64,000 nucleotides of DNA, taken from assembly GCA_047601445.1 (NCBI GenBank), contig JASGJH010000001.1, positions 32,001 to 96,000 on the forward strand, written 5' to 3'. A program made the translations under genes and the position numbers. The DNA is from Myxococcales bacterium. GTDB lineage: Bacteria > Myxococcota_A > Polyangia > Polyangiales > DASUME01. Position 1 is the stretch's first letter; each line of letters opens with the position of its first letter. The notes below the pieces were generated by a model. That model searched no databases and was not told the origin of the DNA. It worked only from the letters and a program-made list of their open reading frames with translations. Of this stretch, positions 57,523 to 64,000 are shown piece by piece.

Positions 57523-58083
57523 TTTAAGCCTCCGATTTTGTCACTAGACAGTCAGGACACTGGCACATTAGCGACAAAGTGCAAGGGCTTTTTGACGGTT
57601 GGCCGACTGCTCTTGACGGGGGACCGTCAAAATCTGTCGTTTCGCCTTGAAGGAAATCAAAGACTTACGCGGTTCCCTTTTCTGTATTAAAACCCTCCCT
57701 GCAAATCCCGCCGCCGGAGCGCACCCCAACAGTGCTGCGCAGGCGGCGGGATTCCTGCGCCATTGCAAGACCACCGAAATGCTCGTGCTCTCGGTAGTCA
57801 TTCTTTTATTTTTGATGAATGCTCATTTGCATGCTTGACAGTCGGTAGAGCAGTTCTATAGATTTACCCCCCGGCCAGTTAACCCCTCTTGGAGAGCGGT
57901 TAACTTGGCCTATGCGCGAGGGGGCTAACGCCAGAATCCTAGGTAGCCACTACCCCCGGAACATCTTCTAGGCAAAACGGAACGCCCACTTCGCGTAAGC
58001 GGCTTTTCCGTTCCTACCCTCCTCACACTTTTTGCTTTCCAAGCATTCATGCTTCCAGTGTGCGCTGACCCCAAGGACGTGCC

Positions 58084-61000
58084 ATGCGCCTCTCTAACTG
58101 GCTCTTTTCCGTGCTTTCGTCGCAACTCAGCAGCTCGCCGAAAATCGATCCAGACCGACAGCGCCGCAATCGCCGAATGTTTCTCAAAACTTGGAAGGTC
58201 GTTATGCCCTGACCGCTTACTTCTACTCGGCTGGTGTCAGCTCATTGGCTAACGGCTTCGTCGAAGACCGGTTCGATTGTTTTCAACCGCGGCACCGACG
58301 ATGGCAATTTCACAAGTGACGACCTGACCATCCATTACACCCTGAGCGCGGCCACACGTGGCACGGACTATACAACCTCGCTGAGTAGCAGCGGAACTGT
58401 GGTCATTCATGGAGGGAGTGATTCGGTGGAGTATGACGTTGTCGGCGTTAACGATGACATTACGGAAGGGGATGAAACCATCACGGTGAACATCACTTCC
58501 GTATCAGATTCGTTGAGTCGGACCTATACAACGTCGGATGGTGAGACCTATTTGGACCGGTCACATCGATGACAACGGCGACGGGCGATACGCCCAGCAC
58601 GCCCACGGTCTCAATCGTCTCCAACGGCAACGCCTCAGAGTCTGGTCCGACGAGCAATACCTTTACCGTCTCTCGTACCGGTTCGACGAGCAGCTCCTTG
58701 GCCGTCAGCTACACAGTGGGTGGTACGGCCAGCGCCGGTCCCGATTACACCAGCCTGAGCGGGAGCGTCACGATTCCAGCCGGCTATTCGTCGGCGAACA
58801 TTACCGTCACTCCACAGCAGGATTCGACCTACGAGGGGAATGAAACGGTCATCGCCACGCTGACGGACGGTGGTAGCTACGATCTGGGCACTCCCTATAC
58901 GGCCACGATGACGATCAAATGACAACGACTCGCAGCCGACGATCAGCATCGGGGACTGGTCGGGATTGGAGTCGAGCATCTGCTCCGTTCCCGGTGACGT
59001 TATCCAATCCTTCGAGCCAAACAATCACCGTCCATTATGCCACGTCAGACGGCTCAGCCACCGCTGGCTACGATTACACGTCCACCAGTGGAACGGTGAT
59101 GTTCTCCCCTGGTGTCACCAGCCAATCGATAAGTGTCACGATCGCGCACGATTCCACGGACGAGACGGATGAAGACTTTGACGTTGACCTCTCCATCGAA
59201 TGCCAGCATCTAGCGACGGCTCGGCCACGGGGACCATTCAAGACGACGATGGGCCGACCATCTCCATCAGCGATGCGACTGCCGTAACGGAAGGTGGCAC
59301 GCTCAGTTTTACCGTTAGTTGGAGTGCATCCAGCCCACAAACGGTGACGGTTTATTACTCCACGCAAGATGGCACGCAACTTCCAGCAGCGGCGATTACA
59401 CCGCGATTAGCACGACGATGCTCACGTTCACGCCAGGTACGACTTCTCAGTCCGTGAGTGTGGTTACACACCAAGATTCACGCGATGAAGCCAACGAGAC
59501 GGTATATGTAAACCTGTCGGGTCCCACCAACGCCACGATCTCCGACTCTCAGGGGACGGGGACCATGAACGACGACGATCCCACGCCCACGGTCTCCATC
59601 GACGACGTGTCCATCTCCGAAAGCGGCGGAGTGCTTACCTCACGGTCTATCTGGACGCTCTCAGTGGGCAAAACGTCTCGGTCCACTATGCTTCGTCCAA
59701 CGGGTCTGCAACAGCCGGTTATGACTACACTTCCGAGAGCGGCACCGCCACGATCTATGAAGGGCAATGGAGCACGCTCATCGAGATTCCCATCACCAAC
59801 GACAGCATTGACGAAGATGATGAAACTTTGACCGTAACGCTCAGTTCGCCGGTCAACTGCACCATCGACGATGGGACGGGAACGGTCACCATTCTCGACA
59901 ACGTACTGCCCCGACGATCAGTATCGGAGACGTGACGGTCAACGAGTCTGCCGGCCCACCAATTTCACCGTGACTCTTGCCTCCGCCAGCGGCAAAGCGG
60001 TCTCGGTGGGTTACGCGACTGGACGATGGGTCCGCCGTGGCACCCGACGATTATGAGGACACCAGCGGCACCTTGAATTTTACGGCTGGTCAGACGAGTA
60101 AGACGATTTCGGTGCCCATCGCCAATGATTCACTCTATGAAGATTACGGAGAACTTTTTCGTCAACCTGTCTGGTGCGACTAATCCACGATCAGCGATAG
60201 CCAAGCGCAAGGGACGATCACCGACAACGATCACTGGAGCGTCTCCATTCAAGCGGTTGCCGATGCGTTCGAGACGGGCGAACAAGACGGTTCGTTCGTC
60301 ATCACGCGGTCGGGTGAATCCGATAAGTCAAATGCTCTGACTGTGAACTTTACAGTTAGCTCTTCCAGCACGGCCACCCCAGGTGTGGATTACCTAGATT
60401 CTCTCCGGAACATCCGTTACGATTCCGGCTGGCCGAAGCTTCGGTAACCCTTCCCGTGTCGGCCATTGACGATTCGCTGGTCGAAGGAAAGGAGTCGGTC
60501 ATCGTCGAGCTGGACGATGACGCTATCACTACCGAGTTGGTGGTTCCGATGCGGCCACGGTCTGGATCATGGATGACAACGTGCAGCCGACGGATTCTCA
60601 AACCTGCGTACTGCGCTCCTTCCGGGACCGGTGTCCTACCGCAGTTAGGTTTGGGAGAGGGGAAGGTTGTAGCTGCCGGCACGCCCGCGGGTTCGCTCGG
60701 GGCGGGGATGGGTGTCTCGGCCCTCGGTGGACTCGTTAACCTATCGTCCGGTGATCCACGTCCCATTGTCGCGATCGACACGACATTTACCTATCATAAC
60801 CACCGCGCCGACGACGTTAACGGCGAGCTCACTATCGGTGGAGTGGCTGGTCCCGTGGTTTACTACGCATCCAACGGGGTTTTCACCTACCGCTTCGTAT
60901 CGATTTGCGTCGCAGGTTGATGCCTCGTCTCTGGCTACGGGTCGCTATGCCTGGACGTATGAAATCGTTCAGACTTTTGGCACGGGAGGGATGCCCAACG

Positions 61001-64000
61001 CACTACCCGCACATATAGCGGCTACATCGATATCAATAACCTGAGCAGTAGCTCCTTTGGTAATCGATGGACGTTAACTGGCCTGGACCGCTTGGACGGA
61101 AGCAACTCGGGCGGCCAATTGCTCGTAATGGGGGGAGGGAAACATGTTGTTCTTCCCCTCCGACGGTTCGGGCGGCTATCTGCACGCTAACGGAGACGGC
61201 GACAACTCCACCCTAACACATAACAGCGATGGTACGTTCACACTGAGTTCTCGCGACGGCAGCCTCAGCAAGTTCAACTCCAGCGGTGTCTTGACCGAGC
61301 GTGATGACCGAGCCGGCAATGCCGTGACGTATCACTATTCGAGCGGCAATCTGAGCTACGTCGAAGACTCCGCGGGACGCACGGTAACACTGGGTTATAC
61401 CAGCGGTAAAGTGACCAGCATCACCGATCCGGCAGGCCGCGTCACCACACTGGCCTACGATGGCTCTGGCCGGCTGACGTCGGTGACTGATCCCGATCCC
61501 GATGGGTCTGGTTCGGCGACATGCACCAGACAACCTTCACCTACAATTCGACGACGAGTCTTCTTACGGCATTTGACGCGGGCGATAGTCAGACGGCCAG
61601 CCTGGCTTACAACACCGATCGAACCCTACAGTCGGCAATGCGCGGCAGCGGCGTGGCGCAAGCGTATGCCCCGCAGCAAGCCGCCGGTCTCGTACTTCCT
61701 TCCACGGGGGTCGGCACAAGTGGCACTCCCGCAGTGCTCTTTCTTACGTCCAACGTCAACGGCGCGACGACCGATGGGCTGAGTCAGACATCGACGTTTA
61801 CTGCCGATCCGCGGGGCCTCATGCTCACATCAACTGATGCCGCCGGAAATGTTACGTCTTTCGTGCGCAATGCCGACGGCCAGATTACGCAACAAACGGA
61901 CCCCGATCCAGATGGTTCTGGTTCGCTCCCCGCGCCGGTCACGACGTATACCTACGATTCCTACGGCAACACAACCGGTATGACGCATCCCGATGGCTCG
62001 ACCGAAAGCTGGACCTACGATAGTACGTTCCATCAGCTAACGAGCCACACGGATCAGTTGGGCCATGTTACGTGCTACACCTTGACTTCCAACGGCCAAG
62101 TGGCCACGGAACCAGAGAAGTGATCGGAGCGGTGGATGGAGTGGGGAATTCTGAGACCAACGACCTAGTCACTTCCTATACCTACACCGCTGCACCTAGT
62201 AGCATTGGCGACCCACCAGCCGGATTAGTTGCAACGATGACCGATCCGCTCGGACGAGTTACCGCCTACGAGTACGACCGGCACAGCAACGTCCTGAGCA
62301 TCACCTATGCCGTGGGGACTGACGACGAAGCCGAGGTGAGTTACGAATACAATTCGGCTGATGAGCCGACAGCGTCGATCGATGAGCTAGGACGACGGAC
62401 CGAGTATGCCTACGACGATGCGGGCCGAAACTCCGATGACGCTCCCTGACCCGGACGGCAGCGGCTCATTAACTTCCCCGGTGTTTTACTACACGTACAA
62501 CGGCAATGGCCAACTCGTTACAGAAACCGATCCCTTAGGGCATGTAACGACCTATGCCTACGATAGTCGCGGACGACAAACGTCGGTTACCTCCCCCGAT
62601 CCCGATGGCAGCGGCTCGCTGACCGCTCCAGTAACTTCGAGCGCCCCTATGACGACAACGACCAGTTGACGAGTACGACCGATCCACTCGGTCACGTCAC
62701 CACCTATGACTACAACTCGATCGGGCAGCAGACCTCGGGTTACGCTCCCCGATCCCGATGGGAGTGGCTCGCTAACAGCTCCGGTTTCTTCCTCGACTTA
62801 CGATCATCTGGGGCGAGTCATCACGACAACCGATCCGTTGGGGATGTCACCACTTACGCCTATGCCGACTACGGCCGTCAGGTCACCGTGACCTCGCCCG
62901 ATCCCGATGGCAGTGGTCCGTCGGCCAGCCCTGTCACCGTGACGTATTACGACGCGGCCGGTAACGTTAGTCAGCAGGTCGATGCCCTTGGTGGCGTCAC
63001 TGATTATGCGTATGACGATGCGGGTAGGCTCCTGACTGTGACGCAACCCGACCCTGATGGTAGTGGTTCGCTGACGCGGCCCGTGACGACGTACACCTAC
63101 GATAAAGCCGGTAATCTACTGACGACGACCGATCCGCTGGGCCGTGTCACCACTCGGGTTTATGACAATCGCAATCGCCTGATCGAAATGGACCAAGCGG
63201 ACCCGGACGGCAGCGGCTCGCTCATCTGCCAGTGACGACATACGTCTATGACGCAGCGGGTCAACTGACGAAGCTGCCCCACTGCTCGAACGGACAACAA
63301 GCTACGTGTACGACAATCTGGGCCGCCAGATCACCGTCACTCAACCCGATCCCGATGACAGCGGTTCCCTCTATTCGGCCCGTTTCGCACTACGCTTACG
63401 ATGCAGCCAGCCGCCTCACCAGCATGACCGACGCACTCGGGAATGTGACTACCTACGCCTATGACAACTTAGGGCGCAAAACGAGCGTAACCCTGCCTGA
63501 CCCGGACGGCAGTGGTTCGCTCACCGCCCCGGTCAGTTCCAAACGTTTACGATGTGGCGAGTCGGGTTACGTCGAGTACCGACACGATGGGCCGCGTCAC
63601 CACCTATGTCTATGACAACCTTGGCCGGCAAACCAGTGTTACGGCCCCGGACCCAGACGGCAGCGGCTCGCTTACTTCGCCGCGGTCACTTCCTACGTCT
63701 ATAACGCTGCCAGCAACCTTACCAGCATGACCGACCCGCTGGGGCATGCGACGACGTACACCTACGATCATTTGGGACGGCAGACGAGCGTTACTGACCC
63801 TGAGACCGGGGTAACCAGCTACACGTATGACGCTGCTGGTGATCGGCTCACACTGACTGATCCCATCGGCAACACCACAACCTGGGCCTATGACAAACTC
63901 GGACGGGTTACCAGCGAAACAAACCAGCTTACGTATGCCCGGCCTTACGAATACGACGCGGTGGGCAATCTGACGCAGAAGACTGACCGTGACAGTCGGG
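58084..64000 (+). CDS. Second giant Calx-beta/RHS(YD)-repeat secreted protein (partial, many indels)
   Basis: ATG at 58084 after AAGGA. MRLSNWLF...RQRRNRRMFL/LEGRYALT planctomycete signature across a frameshift. Then Calx-beta repeats, a pre-RHS domain similar to that of the first giant protein, and YD repeats running to the window end. Confidence 0.85.

Larger units (their letters stand above)
31240..58000. mobile_element. tRNA-Leu-integrated plasmid-like/mobilizable element carrying CRISPR-Cas9 (right end not defined)
   Basis: Integrase and Xis next to the tRNA, MobF, TA, resolvase, ArdC, ParA/RHH and Rep. No attR copy of the tRNA 3' end was seen in the window. Confidence 0.7.

Noticed and set aside
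57911..57920. attR copy of the tRNA-Leu 3' end (ATGCGCGAG, reverse complement of CTCGCGCAT)
   Set aside because: Only 9 bp and in inverted orientation, so compatible with chance.
231..64000. Mass pseudogenisation or programmed frameshifting (cas9, cas2, integrases, relaxase, parA, sulfatase and giant genes all split)
   Set aside because: Single-base indels occur across unrelated genes and in two CRISPR repeats (near 46258 and 46850) while catalytic motifs stay intact. This pattern fits long-read consensus error.

Overview
GC-rich bacterial DNA, most likely from a planctomycete: it has a sulfatase and two giant secreted proteins with the planctomycete 'RRxxxxLExLExRxL' N-terminal signature. 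Single-base indels are pervasive (they break most long genes and two CRISPR repeats), so split ORFs are treated as intact genes with sequencing errors. Left part (about 1.9-31.1 kb): a putative island bounded by a degenerate 5' copy of tRNA-Leu (1867) and the intact tRNA-Leu(TAG) (31158). It carries three tailoring-like enzymes, a divergent wHTH-like regulator, a helically phased array of GTGWAC sites, a ~6,600-aa adhesin-RHS polymorphic toxin with an LHH nuclease tip and its immunity gene, an IS200 element and an orphan Hint fragment. Right part (about 31.3-58 kb): an integrated plasmid/IME with integrase, excisionase, MobF relaxase, VapBC, a resolvase with its site, ArdC, ParA/RHH and a RepL-like Rep. 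It carries a complete type II-C CRISPR-Cas9 system (compact Cas9, cas1, cas2, tracrRNA, ~109-repeat array). The window ends inside a second giant Calx-beta/RHS gene. The most notable signal is a solitary crRNA-like repeat just upstream of the tracrRNA on the same strand, whose guide matches a site in the divergent cas9 promoter region. This is a candidate natural sgRNA/scaRNA autoregulatory or CreTA-like module.
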